A stretch of 64,000 nt of DNA from a virus (taxonomy: Duplodnaviria; Caudoviricetes), in the IMG/VR virus record IMGVR_UViG_3300031965_000009, positions 15,279 to 79,278 of that record; one strand, given 5' to 3'. The notes under the pieces are model-generated. The model worked only from the letters and a program-made list of their open reading frames with translations. It had not been told where the DNA came from and searched no databases. This document shows positions 45,199 to 54,758 of this stretch, piece by piece. A program made the translations under genes and the position numbers. How positions within the stretch are numbered: position 1 is the stretch's first letter; every line of letters begins with the position of its first letter.

Positions 45199-46108
45199 AG
45201 TGTTGATGTACCCTTCGTCCGCAAGCTTTGGTAAGTCAGAAAGCGGTATACGTCGTGTTGTCGAGGCATACGAGAAATATTTACCACGCTATGGTTGGGA
45301 AGTGACTGACGATAAGGACAACTATGACATCTCTGCTATTCATGCCGGAACGGCCACGATTGCCCCCGATGTAGCCCACTGTCACGGGCTGTACTGGTCG
45401 AATGACTATGCCGTTGAACCATGGGCATGGAAGGCAAATGAGCAGGTTCTTGACGGGGTAAAGAGGGCACGCTATACCACAGTCCCATCGCGCTGGGTAC
45501 AGGAGGTCTTTCAGAGAGATATGCGCTTCTCGCCAATAGTCATCCCGCATGGGATAGACTGGTGGAAGTACACACCTGTCTATGATGGTCAGTATGTTCT
45601 CTGGAACAAGAACCGTAACGCAGACGCATGTGACCCGACCCCTGTTGGGATACTGGCCAAGAATGCGCCTGACGTGCATTTCATGTCAACGTTCTCGCCT
45701 ACGTCTTTACCAAATCTCAAGACTACCGGCCCAATGCCGCATGCCGCCATGATGTCCTATCTTTCAGGCTGTTCAGTTTATCTAGCCACTGTTAAAGAAA
45801 CATTCTGTATTGGGATACTGGAGGCCATGGCGCATGGCAAGCCAATCCTTAGCTTTGCTTATGGCGGGGCCTTAGACCTTGTTATTCATGGCGTGAATGG
45901 TTACCTGGCCCAGCCTGGGAACATGGAAGACCTGTTAAATGGGTTGAGGTTTTGTATTAAGAACAGAGAAGAGCTAGGAAGGAACAGCGCTGACATGGTT
46001 AAAGAGTTTACCTGGGATAAGGCTGTTAAGAAACTTGCTTCGGTCTATGACGCATGCCTTGTAGAAGAAAGGCCACTGCACATCAACGAAGGAGAGTATT
46101 TACATTGA
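45191..46108 (+). CDS. GT4-like (GT-B) glycosyltransferase
   Basis: IPHGID, ETFCIGILEAMAHGKPI, IHGVNGYL. Confidence 0.9.
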   Translation: MNRVLMYPSSASFGKSESGIRRVVEAYEKYLPRYGWEVTDDKDNYDISAIHAGTATIAPDVAHCHGLYWSNDYAVEPWAWKANEQVLDGVKRARYTTVPSRWVQEVFQRDMRFSPIVIPHGIDWWKYTPVYDGQYVLWNKNRNADACDPTPVGILAKNAPDVHFMSTFSPTSLPNLKTTGPMPHAAMMSYLSGCSVYLATVKETFCIGILEAMAHGKPILSFAYGGALDLVIHGVNGYLAQPGNMEDLLNGLRFCIKNREELGRNSADMVKEFTWDKAVKKLASVYDACLVEERPLHINEGEYLH

Positions 46109-46761
46109 CTAGGTTGACCACTGATGAATTCGTGGACAGGGCAAAGAAAATTCATGGAGACAGATATGACTATTCTTACGTGCATTATAAAAACGCACAT
46201 GAGGATGTTTTAATTATTTGTAGATTACACGGGGAGTTCACTATGGAAGCCACGAATCATATTCACATTCCTCGGGGCTGCCCCATATGCTCCAGGGGCG
46301 GTACAAATATCGAGAGATTTATGTCAAAGATTCGCGAAGGTTCAAACGGGTGCTGGAACTGGATTGGGGGAACTAGGGGTGGAGAGTATGGCGGCTTTTG
46401 GGTTGATGGAAAGACCGTTAGGGCTCACCGTTACTCCTACGAGACATTTGTTGGCTCTATACCCGACGGTCTATCTATACTTCATAAGTGCGACAACCCT
46501 CCATGTGTTAACCCGAATCATTTATTTGCCGGAACCGCATCTGACAACGCAAGGGACATGGTAGACAAGGGAAGAGCACCAGACCAACGAGGGTCAAGCA
46601 ACCCGTGTTCTAAACTAGACGAAGAGTCCGTCGTGAAGATTTCTAACATGATTGACTCTGGAGTGATACAGATTGACATAGCAAGACAGTTCGGCGTAAG
46701 CCCCCAGTTGATAACGGATATAAAAAAAGGAAGGAGATGGTCGTGGTTAACGAGAAGATAG
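46105..46761 (+). CDS. free-standing HNH homing endonuclease
   Basis: TTDEFVDRAKKIHGDRYDYS N-domain; AHRYSY..LHKCDNPPCVNPNHL..DN; TTG start behind GGAGAG. Confidence 0.9.
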   Translation: MTRLTTDEFVDRAKKIHGDRYDYSYVHYKNAHEDVLIICRLHGEFTMEATNHIHIPRGCPICSRGGTNIERFMSKIREGSNGCWNWIGGTRGGEYGGFWVDGKTVRAHRYSYETFVGSIPDGLSILHKCDNPPCVNPNHLFAGTASDNARDMVDKGRAPDQRGSSNPCSKLDEESVVKISNMIDSGVIQIDIARQFGVSPQLITDIKKGRRWSWLTRR

Positions 46762-48266
46762 AACCAATAGTCACGGTTATAATCCCGTGCCATAACAAAT
46801 CGCTAACAATAGCTCGAGCAATAGCTAGTGTGATGGCCCAAACCATCAACAACCTAGAGTGCTTCGTTATAAACGACCGAAGTTCTGATAATTCAGAAGA
46901 GATCATACTAGAAACCATAGGGCACGACAAGAGATTTTCTTATCATGTTGTGGATTACGGCAACGTTGCCACAGTAAGGAATTACGGAATATCCATAGCT
47001 AGCGGCCTATTCTACTGCTGCCTAGATGGAGACGACTGGATAGACCCGCTATTTCTTGAAGAATGCATTCCTCCGCTCCTAGAGGATAGATCGCTCGGAA
47101 TCACATACACCGGACTAGCATATCATAAGCCAGACGGATCGTCAGGACTGAGCAACTGGCCCGGAGAGTACGATTACAACAAACAGCTTGCAAGACAGAA
47201 TCAGGTTCCAACGTGCCATGTCGGAAGAGTTGATATGTGGAAAAGACTTGGAGGGCAAAAGCAAAGATACACTGGTGCCGGAGGCGCTGGAGCAGAAGAT
47301 GCTGAGTTTGTTCTAAGAGCAGGGGCATATGGGTACAATGCTAGAAAAGTCACAACCGCTGGTCTGTTTCATTACTCTTGGATGACTGGACTTGTGTCAG
47401 GCAACAAGGAATACCGCGAGAAAGATTGGCTGTACTGGCATCCATGGACGAAAGATAATGAACATCCAGTCGCCAGCATGGCAACAGCCCGGCGGCAATC
47501 GCACGCATGTCGTCAGTATGATGAACCTGCAATATCTGTTATAATACCTGTTGGGCCTGGACATGCTGGCTACCTTGAAGACGCCCTTGACTCGCTTGAG
47601 GCCCAGACGTTTCGCAAGTGGGAAGCGGTGGTTGTCAATGACAGCGGAGAGGCGTTACCAGAAAGAATCATGAAAGCCTACCCCTACATGCGTCTCGTAG
47701 AGACGAAAGGAAGCATGGGGGCTGGTAAGGCAAGAAACATGGGGGTTAAACGTTCACGTGCGCCTATGATACTTTTCCTTGATTCAGACGACTTCTTGAA
47801 CCCGGAGGCATTGTCTGAAATGCTTTATGCCTGGACTAAGAACGAGGCTATGATATACAGCGATTATTATGGGGTGTCGGTCATAGACGACCCAAGCAAG
47901 TTGGCTGGTGGGATAAAGATTGTCAGCAGAGATGCAAACGGTTTATCCGTCCTGTCATACAGGGCATCTGATTTTGACCAGAACAAGGCCATGCTTCAAC
48001 CAACAGACCCGCCATACCTGTGGTGCAATGTGACAACATTAATGCCAAGAAGGTGGTTTGACGAGGTCGGTGGGTTTGACGAGGCAATGCCAAGCTATGA
48101 AGATTATGACCTGTTCGTCAGACTTGCTAAGGCTGGTAAGTGTTTTTGCCGTATCCCTCAACCACTAATGACCTACAGGTTCATGTCTGGTTCAAGAAGA
48201 GATACAGGCTACAGGATGAAAGAAGAATTATTTCAGTACATGAAAGCAAAGTACAGGATGGAATAG
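46737..48266 (+). CDS. tandem two-domain GT2 glycosyltransferase
   Basis: Two GT-A domains: VTVIIPCHN..INDRS..LDGDD and ISVIIPV..VNDS..FLDSDD..GGFDE..EDYD. Confidence 0.92.
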   Translation: MVVVNEKIEPIVTVIIPCHNKSLTIARAIASVMAQTINNLECFVINDRSSDNSEEIILETIGHDKRFSYHVVDYGNVATVRNYGISIASGLFYCCLDGDDWIDPLFLEECIPPLLEDRSLGITYTGLAYHKPDGSSGLSNWPGEYDYNKQLARQNQVPTCHVGRVDMWKRLGGQKQRYTGAGGAGAEDAEFVLRAGAYGYNARKVTTAGLFHYSWMTGLVSGNKEYREKDWLYWHPWTKDNEHPVASMATARRQSHACRQYDEPAISVIIPVGPGHAGYLEDALDSLEAQTFRKWEAVVVNDSGEALPERIMKAYPYMRLVETKGSMGAGKARNMGVKRSRAPMILFLDSDDFLNPEALSEMLYAWTKNEAMIYSDYYGVSVIDDPSKLAGGIKIVSRDANGLSVLSYRASDFDQNKAMLQPTDPPYLWCNVTTLMPRRWFDEVGGFDEAMPSYEDYDLFVRLAKAGKCFCRIPQPLMTYRFMSGSRRDTGYRMKEELFQYMKAKYRME

Positions 48267-48267
48267 A

Positions 48268-48813
48268 ATGTGTAATTGCGATAAGAAGAATGAAAAAGTA
48301 AGTGCGGCACAAGCCGTACAGAATACATACAAGGAGACGAAACAAGCTATGAACATGCAAGCAGATCAAGACATGATCCTTATTCGATACAACCACGGCA
48401 ATCGTGGGCAGCACGTGGTCAAAGGATATGCGACAGGGAAATACTATGGCTATCGCGGGGGCGGGGACACATTCCTAGTACACCGCGATGACATAAAGAA
48501 CTCGCCCCACATATTCATCCCCATAGAAACCCAGGCTCTTGCCACCAATGAGCCTGCCCCGCCACCTGTCCAGGAGTTCGATGCCGAAGCATATCTTGCC
48601 CGCATCAAGGACAAGTGGAATAAGGAATTGGATTTGCAGACCTTGCCTGGTGTGACGGCTATCATCGAGCAAAGCATGAAGGATTCAGGCTTCACGACCC
48701 GAGATGCCATCATGCGGGCTGGGGCGACTGGATTGCAGGAAAGCGTGCGGGGCATTGGCGAGGCAAAAGCCGAAGCAATCATAGCTTATCTCGAGGCCGT
48801 AGTAAATGACTAG
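48268..48813 (+). CDS. hypothetical protein with C-terminal helix-hairpin-helix
   Basis: LQTLPGV and VRGIGEAKAEAII HhH motifs. Confidence 0.6.
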   Translation: MCNCDKKNEKVSAAQAVQNTYKETKQAMNMQADQDMILIRYNHGNRGQHVVKGYATGKYYGYRGGGDTFLVHRDDIKNSPHIFIPIETQALATNEPAPPPVQEFDAEAYLARIKDKWNKELDLQTLPGVTAIIEQSMKDSGFTTRDAIMRAGATGLQESVRGIGEAKAEAIIAYLEAVVND

Positions 48814-49126
48814 CATGAGCCTTGTTCACCTGTTTGTCTTAGGGCTGGCCGTCATGCGCCTGTCCATGCTTCTTGGCGAAGAAGACGGGCCATGGGGAGT
48901 GCTTGAAAAGTTCAGGTACATGCTCGGCGTCAGGTATGACGAAAACAGTGACAGGTATGGGAAGAGCATGATTGCCAGGGGAATAATCTGTGTTTATTGT
49001 TCTTCCGTATGGTACGGTACCATACTAGCCGTACTGTACATATTCCTGCCAGAACTTGCCCTTATGTTATCTTTACCGCTTGCTCTAAGCATGTTCGCAA
49101 TATTGCCAAAGTTAGGGTACAATTGA
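48806..49126 (+). CDS. DUF1360-like membrane protein
   Basis: LAVMRLSMLL..EDGP, CVYCSSVW. Confidence 0.6.
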   Translation: MTSMSLVHLFVLGLAVMRLSMLLGEEDGPWGVLEKFRYMLGVRYDENSDRYGKSMIARGIICVYCSSVWYGTILAVLYIFLPELALMLSLPLALSMFAILPKLGYN

Positions 49127-49151
49127 AAGATAATCAAATAGGGGAAGGGGT

Positions 49152-49967
49152 ATGGCAATCTGTTCAAATACACAAACAAATCAACAGGCAATTTACGACA
49201 ACCACATAGTGCCCATGACCATCCAGCAACAAAGCCGGGCTCACATTGCCGGCTACAGCATCATGCCGCTTGACGCCGACGGCACGCCAAGTGCCAACGG
49301 CAAGGTTGGTTTCCTTTCAGTCGGCCCGTCAAGCATGGTGCAAATCTTCAACGCTTTCATGGAGCATGATCGCCGGAAAGGTTTTAAGCGTGACGAAGTC
49401 GTGCTTTGCAATGGGGCCGAGGGCGGCTATGACTCGGCCATGCAAGCCGATCCAGGCAGCGATTACTGGGACAAGCTTGACATGAAACTTGCTCGTGCCG
49501 GGCTAGAAGCCGCGCAGGTGCAGGCATGCTGGGTGTATGCCGCCACCAAGTTCGAGGTCTTGCCATACCCGGAGCATGCCATTGTCCTGCAAGGGTATCT
49601 CGAATCCATCGTTGACATCTTGCTGGAACGATTCCCCAATATAAAAGTTATAGCATTTACAAGCAGAGAATATGGCGGGTACTCAAGCCTGCAAACAAGC
49701 CTTGAGCCATGGGCGCGGGAGGGTGGTTATGCCATCGACGCTCTGGTCAGGGACAACGAAACAAGCAATACTGTACCGTGGATAGGCTGGGGCCCATATA
49801 CTTGGGCTGACGGGTTGAATGCCCGTCCCGACGGGCTGGCGTACCGCTGCTCTGACTTCGAGAAGGATGGTCTGCATCCTGGGAGAGGGGTAGAAAGAAA
49901 GGTGGTAAAGATGCTCCTGTCGTGGTTAATGTCTCACCCTGCCGGCTCATGGTTCTCGAGAGGTTAG
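49152..49967 (+). CDS. SGNH/GDSL-like hydrolase or acyltransferase (tentative)
   Basis: SVGPSS, NGAEGG, C-terminal DGLHP (DxxH). Start uncertain. Confidence 0.45.
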   Translation: MAICSNTQTNQQAIYDNHIVPMTIQQQSRAHIAGYSIMPLDADGTPSANGKVGFLSVGPSSMVQIFNAFMEHDRRKGFKRDEVVLCNGAEGGYDSAMQADPGSDYWDKLDMKLARAGLEAAQVQACWVYAATKFEVLPYPEHAIVLQGYLESIVDILLERFPNIKVIAFTSREYGGYSSLQTSLEPWAREGGYAIDALVRDNETSNTVPWIGWGPYTWADGLNARPDGLAYRCSDFEKDGLHPGRGVERKVVKMLLSWLMSHPAGSWFSRG

Positions 49968-49968
49968 G

Positions 49969-50334
49969 ATGGATTTACTGGATTTAGCGGCTAAGTTTGG
50001 CTTACCAACATTCTTACTCGTCGTATTTGGGTTGGGGGTATGGAAGGGCATGTGGCCCTTCGCCGTGAAAGCATGGGAAGACCAGCAATCAGAGCGCAAA
50101 GAAGAAAGGACAAGGTTTCTTGACGCACTAAAAGATGAACGCGCGGCCTTCAAAGAAATGGTTATATACGAGAAATCTGTGCGAATAGAGGAGCGAGAGA
50201 AGTTTCTCAACGCCTTGGATCGCCAGGCCGATCTTATGACTGAGTTTAGCAGACAACTCATGACGGTATCAAATGCACTGCTGGAGGTTAAGCGTGCTAT
50301 GGTGTCATCTAACGACACTAATGCAAGGAGTTGA
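49969..50334 (+). CDS. membrane-anchored coiled-coil protein (holin-like candidate)
   Basis: N-terminal TM helix followed by a charged coiled coil. Confidence 0.5.
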   Translation: MDLLDLAAKFGLPTFLLVVFGLGVWKGMWPFAVKAWEDQQSERKEERTRFLDALKDERAAFKEMVIYEKSVRIEEREKFLNALDRQADLMTEFSRQLMTVSNALLEVKRAMVSSNDTNARS

Positions 50335-50339
50335 GGCTA

Positions 50340-50474
50340 TTGGAGAAGGTGCTAATATTTTTGGTACTTGTTATCTTGTGCCTGTTAATTTATGTATTTG
50401 TTCTTGCTGTGTACAGCATGTTCTCCGAGGTACTGGGTATAACGCCCGCAATCATTCTTTTGGGTATTATATGA
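50340..50474 (+). CDS. 44 aa membrane peptide (below ORF-track cutoff)
   Basis: TTG start; EKVLIFLVLVILCLLIYVFVLAV...; AAGGAG upstream. Confidence 0.4.
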   Translation: MEKVLIFLVLVILCLLIYVFVLAVYSMFSEVLGITPAIILLGII

Positions 50475-50475
50475 C

Positions 50476-50877
50476 ATGACCGTTGAACTTAAAGAACACG
50501 TTGAACGAATCATAAGCGATCATGATGCCATGAACCTTGAACGCATTCGCATGCTCGAGAAGCAGGTCGTGTCACTCGAGCAATTGATTAGCGCCAGGCT
50601 TGGGGCACAGGCTCTGGCCGTCCAGAAACAAGAGGCGGCGTACAATGCCCGCTTCGAGTCCGTCAATGAATGGCGGGCTACGTTTGGCGATGTAGCCAAC
50701 AGCGCCGTCTCGCAGGACGTGTTTGCCGCCCGCATGGACGAGACTGGCAGAAGGCTTAACGTTGTTGAGCAGAAGCAGGCTAGCCAGGAAGGCAGGAGCG
50801 CGGGCCAGACGGCGGGCATGGGTCTTGTGGTTCTTATATTATCGATCGTAGCACAGTTATTAGACCTTGGAGGTTAG
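50476..50877 (+). CDS. coiled-coil protein with C-terminal TM helix
   Basis: Coiled coil ending in GMGLVVLILSIVA. Confidence 0.55.
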   Translation: MTVELKEHVERIISDHDAMNLERIRMLEKQVVSLEQLISARLGAQALAVQKQEAAYNARFESVNEWRATFGDVANSAVSQDVFAARMDETGRRLNVVEQKQASQEGRSAGQTAGMGLVVLILSIVAQLLDLGG

Positions 50878-50878
50878 C

Positions 50879-51013
50879 ATGTTCCCCTGAAAAATCATCT
50901 TGCTTATCGTAGCAATTGTATTCTTTTTATTGGCTGGCTTTGGTGTGCCTGGCCTGGCATTTGGCTGGTTCGGCTTGGCGTTTTTTGCCGCATCGTTCCT
51001 GGTGGGCAAGTAA
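50879..51013 (+). pseudogene. two-TM membrane peptide interrupted by TGA at codon 4
   Basis: GGAGG-ttagc-ATG TTC CCC TGA AAA ATC ATC TTG...; the frame then stays open and hydrophobic to TAA at 51011-13. Confidence 0.55.
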
Positions 51014-51019
51014 GATAAT

Positions 51020-53050
51020 ATGGGAAAGAAATCTAACCCGGTAGTAGTTATAGAAGCTTCTGACCTGACAAAATACAAGCTGTCTGGAAAAGTAGCAACT
51101 AAGGTCATTGGAGATGACAGCCTGAACACCATTGGCGGCGTACCAGGTGTTGTGTATCCAGTTACGGATGCCCAGATTGAGTCTGGTGAATTCTCTATCA
51201 TCGGTGGCGACCCTATATCTATCACACAAGTAAGCGGCAGGGGACAAGAATCAAGTCGCTGGGCTATGCCTGTGTATCATGTTGGTGTCGGGGCATGGCC
51301 GGTTTCTGGAAGTGCGGTAGGGGGAACCGTGTTGTTGCACGACACCTTTACCGATACCAACGGTACATCGCTTGACGCACACGCTATATCTCCTGTAAAT
51401 ACCCCCTCAACCGCTTGGACAGAACGGAGCGGGAATTGGGATATACAGAGCAATCGGGCCAATAGCACCGGGGCGTCCCCCGGAGGGGCTGGCTGGATTG
51501 CCACATTAGATGTCGGTCAGGCAGACTACACGCTCAGTCTCGTATTTAATTCGGCAACCGGCGCTGGCGGCGTTGTCGTGAGGTACAACCCGGCCGACGG
51601 GACGCATTACCTAATAAATCTAGCCCCAAGCAATGACTCACTTCGGTTGTTTTACTTTGATGGTTCATTATACGGTTCTGCCCTCGCCGAGGATTTTGGC
51701 GTATTTGATGCGAGTACAGACTACGAAATTACTGTCCGCGTGACGGGGCAAACAATAGAGGCGGCTGCCTCTGACATGAGCCGATTTATCTATGAGGCGG
51801 CAACAAATAACACATCCCTCACCCATGCCGGTCTCAGGGCAACCGTCTCATCGGCGACATTTGACGACCTAATAATAACTACCCCGAACGCCATAGATAC
51901 GGATGGCGCAGCTACCAAAATCGTAGGCGGGGAGTTTGTGGTTCCCGTTCCGCAAAACAACGGCATATTCTACGATGGGACTAACTACTGGCTTTTTATC
52001 CAGAAGGCCGGTTCGTTACGGTGTCTATTTGGGGTCAGCCTATCAAGCCTGTCCTGGACAGGGAACCTACTGGTCAATGGCATTGGTGGTGAATCAAAGG
52101 CTTATTCTGTTGTATTTGGCCAGGTGTCCGGTGAGTGGTATGCCTGGGTGCTCGTTGACAGGAGTGCGTACAGCAGCGGAGAAACATCTAACGTCTATCG
52201 CTGGAAACTAACATCTGGTGGTTTGTCGGGTGAAATTAGCCACATAGACAGCGGGACGGATACGCCAGCGATTAGCGTTTTGGCCTGGCTAACAAAAGAT
52301 TATGGAGGGGCGGCGGTTTCGGAGTTACTACGCTGCGTTAGCTCAGTAAATTTTGGAGATAATCGGCAAATACAGCCGGACTTAAATGGGGACACGGACG
52401 CCATTGATTGGGACCCGGCCAATATAGATTTCCCAGAACATCAACTCATCCTCAAAATCTCAGATGGATATATTAGCATAGCCAATAACGAGGGCGCAGG
52501 AGACACGATTGACGCCTACGAGGTAACAAAATCTTCTATCGGCGCAGCCTGGAGCGCAGAGACGGCGCTTGGCTGGACGAATCAGCTAAGAGGAACCGGA
52601 ACAAGCCATGCTGGTCAGACAGATTTCGTACAACTAGATGACGGCACTATCTACGGTGCGTATTGCGATGATACGCATGGGGATTATGGTTTGATTGTCC
52701 TTAATAAGCGAGATAGCAACATTGCCGGGTCGTGGAGCAATATCAGCAATGATGTCATTGGCGGGGGTGTGGCGGCGTGGCACATATCCCTGTCAACAGA
52801 CGGTGAGGATGTGTGGATATTTTACGTAAAAAATAGCGGCGGCTCCCGTGGTACATCCATTTATTACAAGAAATACGATGCTTCGGCCGCGTCGGTTGGC
52901 TCAGAAACAAAGCTCTCTGATATTACAGCCGGTCGGGTATTTAACAGGATGTTTACTCAGTTTCGGGCCGCAAACGGAATTATCCCAGCCGCATGGAGCG
53001 AGGCGTTTGGAGGAATTTACTATGTCCGCTCATCTATTGTTTTGGTATAG
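51020..53050 (+). CDS. virion-associated carbohydrate-binding protein (ConA-like domain plus beta-propeller-like C-terminus)
   Basis: DTFTDTNGT..W..RSGNW lectin-like start; Gly/Ser/Thr/Trp-rich beta composition. Confidence 0.5.
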   Translation: MGKKSNPVVVIEASDLTKYKLSGKVATKVIGDDSLNTIGGVPGVVYPVTDAQIESGEFSIIGGDPISITQVSGRGQESSRWAMPVYHVGVGAWPVSGSAVGGTVLLHDTFTDTNGTSLDAHAISPVNTPSTAWTERSGNWDIQSNRANSTGASPGGAGWIATLDVGQADYTLSLVFNSATGAGGVVVRYNPADGTHYLINLAPSNDSLRLFYFDGSLYGSALAEDFGVFDASTDYEITVRVTGQTIEAAASDMSRFIYEAATNNTSLTHAGLRATVSSATFDDLIITTPNAIDTDGAATKIVGGEFVVPVPQNNGIFYDGTNYWLFIQKAGSLRCLFGVSLSSLSWTGNLLVNGIGGESKAYSVVFGQVSGEWYAWVLVDRSAYSSGETSNVYRWKLTSGGLSGEISHIDSGTDTPAISVLAWLTKDYGGAAVSELLRCVSSVNFGDNRQIQPDLNGDTDAIDWDPANIDFPEHQLILKISDGYISIANNEGAGDTIDAYEVTKSSIGAAWSAETALGWTNQLRGTGTSHAGQTDFVQLDDGTIYGAYCDDTHGDYGLIVLNKRDSNIAGSWSNISNDVIGGGVAAWHISLSTDGEDVWIFYVKNSGGSRGTSIYYKKYDASAASVGSETKLSDITAGRVFNRMFTQFRAANGIIPAAWSEAFGGIYYVRSSIVLV

Positions 53051-53061
53051 CGAGGTTTTAG

Positions 53062-53205
53062 ATGCCAATAAAAAACCAAACATACATTGAATACATCGGA
53101 TTAGTGGACAGCGCTGCTCCGAACCATTTTAAGGTTTCGCCAACGATAGCGGAGGAGGATTTCCGGGTGTCGATTGACCGGGGGCGGGATGCCAATATCT
53201 ATTAA
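53062..53205 (+). pseudogene. 47 aa gene fragment bounded by a 10-bp direct repeat
   Basis: GAGG SD; MPIKNQTYIEYIGLVDSAAPNHFKVSPTIAEEDFRVSID...; GATGCCAATA at 53061 and 53188. Confidence 0.35.
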
Positions 53206-54454
53206 CGCTCAGCCCTTGCCATACACCAAGCTATCCTTGCACAGGTATGCCAAGATGGTTGATATTAACCCAGTGCATTTTGTAGGGGCAGTCGGCCAGA
53301 GTGTCTGGCCCCTGTCAAATAATTCATGCAACGATGTCTGGCCAAAGTATTCATGGCAGAACGGCAGTCAGCTTTCGCTGTCTGAACTTGCCTATGCTAT
53401 CAAGGACGCCGAGGATGCCATAGAAGATTTCATTGGCTACCCCATGGCTCGAACATTCATAGAGGAAGAACAGCACCCTTACCCACAGTTCTATAACAAA
53501 GACTTTCAATCCTATGGCGGGATCAGACATGATGGCATGTTCCGCTCGGTCAATACCAGGTGGAAGAAAGTTATCTCGCCAGGCAAGCGGGCTACGACCC
53601 TGCTTTCTGGCAGCAAGGCAGTCGTCTACAGCGACGAGGATGGTGATGGTTTTTCTGAAACTGCCACTATATCACTGACAACTTCTGTCGCGCCATGCGA
53701 GATAAAGGTTTACTTCGAGGGCATGAACGCCCTACCGGAGTGGGAGATACGGGAAGCCAATACTAGCACCGCTTCTAGTGGTGTTGTCACGCTGGTCTTT
53801 GATTCATGGCTGTTCGTTGACCCCAACCTGCAATCTGCCATGCCGACAGACGAGGGCTATGCGGCCATAGATATAACCACTACCGCAAACTTCGTTGCGG
53901 CGGTGGATGTTTACAGGGAATATATTGACACGACCGATGCCCCGGCCGTGTTTAACTGGGTGTGCCCATGCGGGAGCACGTCATGCGCTGTCTGTGGGAC
54001 TACGTCCCAGGATGGATGCCTGACGCCAAGGGATGCCGAGAACGGCACGCTTGTCCCAGCGCCCGCCACATACGCTGATGGATGGTCAAGTTCACAGTGG
54101 TCGGTGGCACGTTCTCCAGATTATGTTAAAATATGGTATGTAGCTGGTGATATTTCCAGGGAGTATCAGGCTGGCAGGACATGCGACACGCTCAGTGATT
54201 TCTGGGCCAGACAAATTGTGAACCTTGCCACAGCTAGATTATACAAACCATTCTGCCAATGCGGCAATGTCACAGCCTTTGCCCAGGACTTACAGATTGA
54301 ACTGACGCAGACTGGGGAGGCAGGGGGTCACTTATTTGACTTCACTGCCATTAAGAACCCGTTTGGCACACGAAGGGGAGAGTTCATGGTATTCAGGACT
54401 TTGGCTCTGGGTGGTGGCAAGAGACGCAAGATAATTAGTGGGGTTATAAGGTAA
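53189..54454 (+). CDS. putative head-tail adaptor / virion structural protein
   Basis: Position before the tail genes; start uncertain (TTG 53174 or ATG 53189); CPC..C..C and CQC clusters. Confidence 0.45.
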   Translation: MPISINAQPLPYTKLSLHRYAKMVDINPVHFVGAVGQSVWPLSNNSCNDVWPKYSWQNGSQLSLSELAYAIKDAEDAIEDFIGYPMARTFIEEEQHPYPQFYNKDFQSYGGIRHDGMFRSVNTRWKKVISPGKRATTLLSGSKAVVYSDEDGDGFSETATISLTTSVAPCEIKVYFEGMNALPEWEIREANTSTASSGVVTLVFDSWLFVDPNLQSAMPTDEGYAAIDITTTANFVAAVDVYREYIDTTDAPAVFNWVCPCGSTSCAVCGTTSQDGCLTPRDAENGTLVPAPATYADGWSSSQWSVARSPDYVKIWYVAGDISREYQAGRTCDTLSDFWARQIVNLATARLYKPFCQCGNVTAFAQDLQIELTQTGEAGGHLFDFTAIKNPFGTRRGEFMVFRTLALGGGKRRKIISGVIR

Positions 54455-54732
54455 TGAGAATTGTCGAGTGGCAGGACAGGTTAGGCAAGAAACGCCGGTC
54501 AATGATCAGGGACGAAGACCCTGACAGCATGGCCGAGCATGGCTTACCACTAGACCCACCAAACATAGAGCTTATGGATTGGGAACAAATAAAGATAGAT
54601 TTACACAATGCATTATTAGACAGAGGAATCGTCACATGGGACGATGTAACAATGCAACAAACAGCCCTACAGTCTTCGGCCATTACTGCGCTAAAGAAAC
54701 ATCTGGTAAGGCTGTATAGAGAGACCCAGTAG
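54454..54732 (+). CDS. hypothetical protein
   Basis: TAATG overlap with upstream gene. Confidence 0.55.
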   Translation: MRIVEWQDRLGKKRRSMIRDEDPDSMAEHGLPLDPPNIELMDWEQIKIDLHNALLDRGIVTWDDVTMQQTALQSSAITALKKHLVRLYRETQ

Positions 54733-54758
54733 GGCGCTGACAAAGGAGGAGCCCAAAT

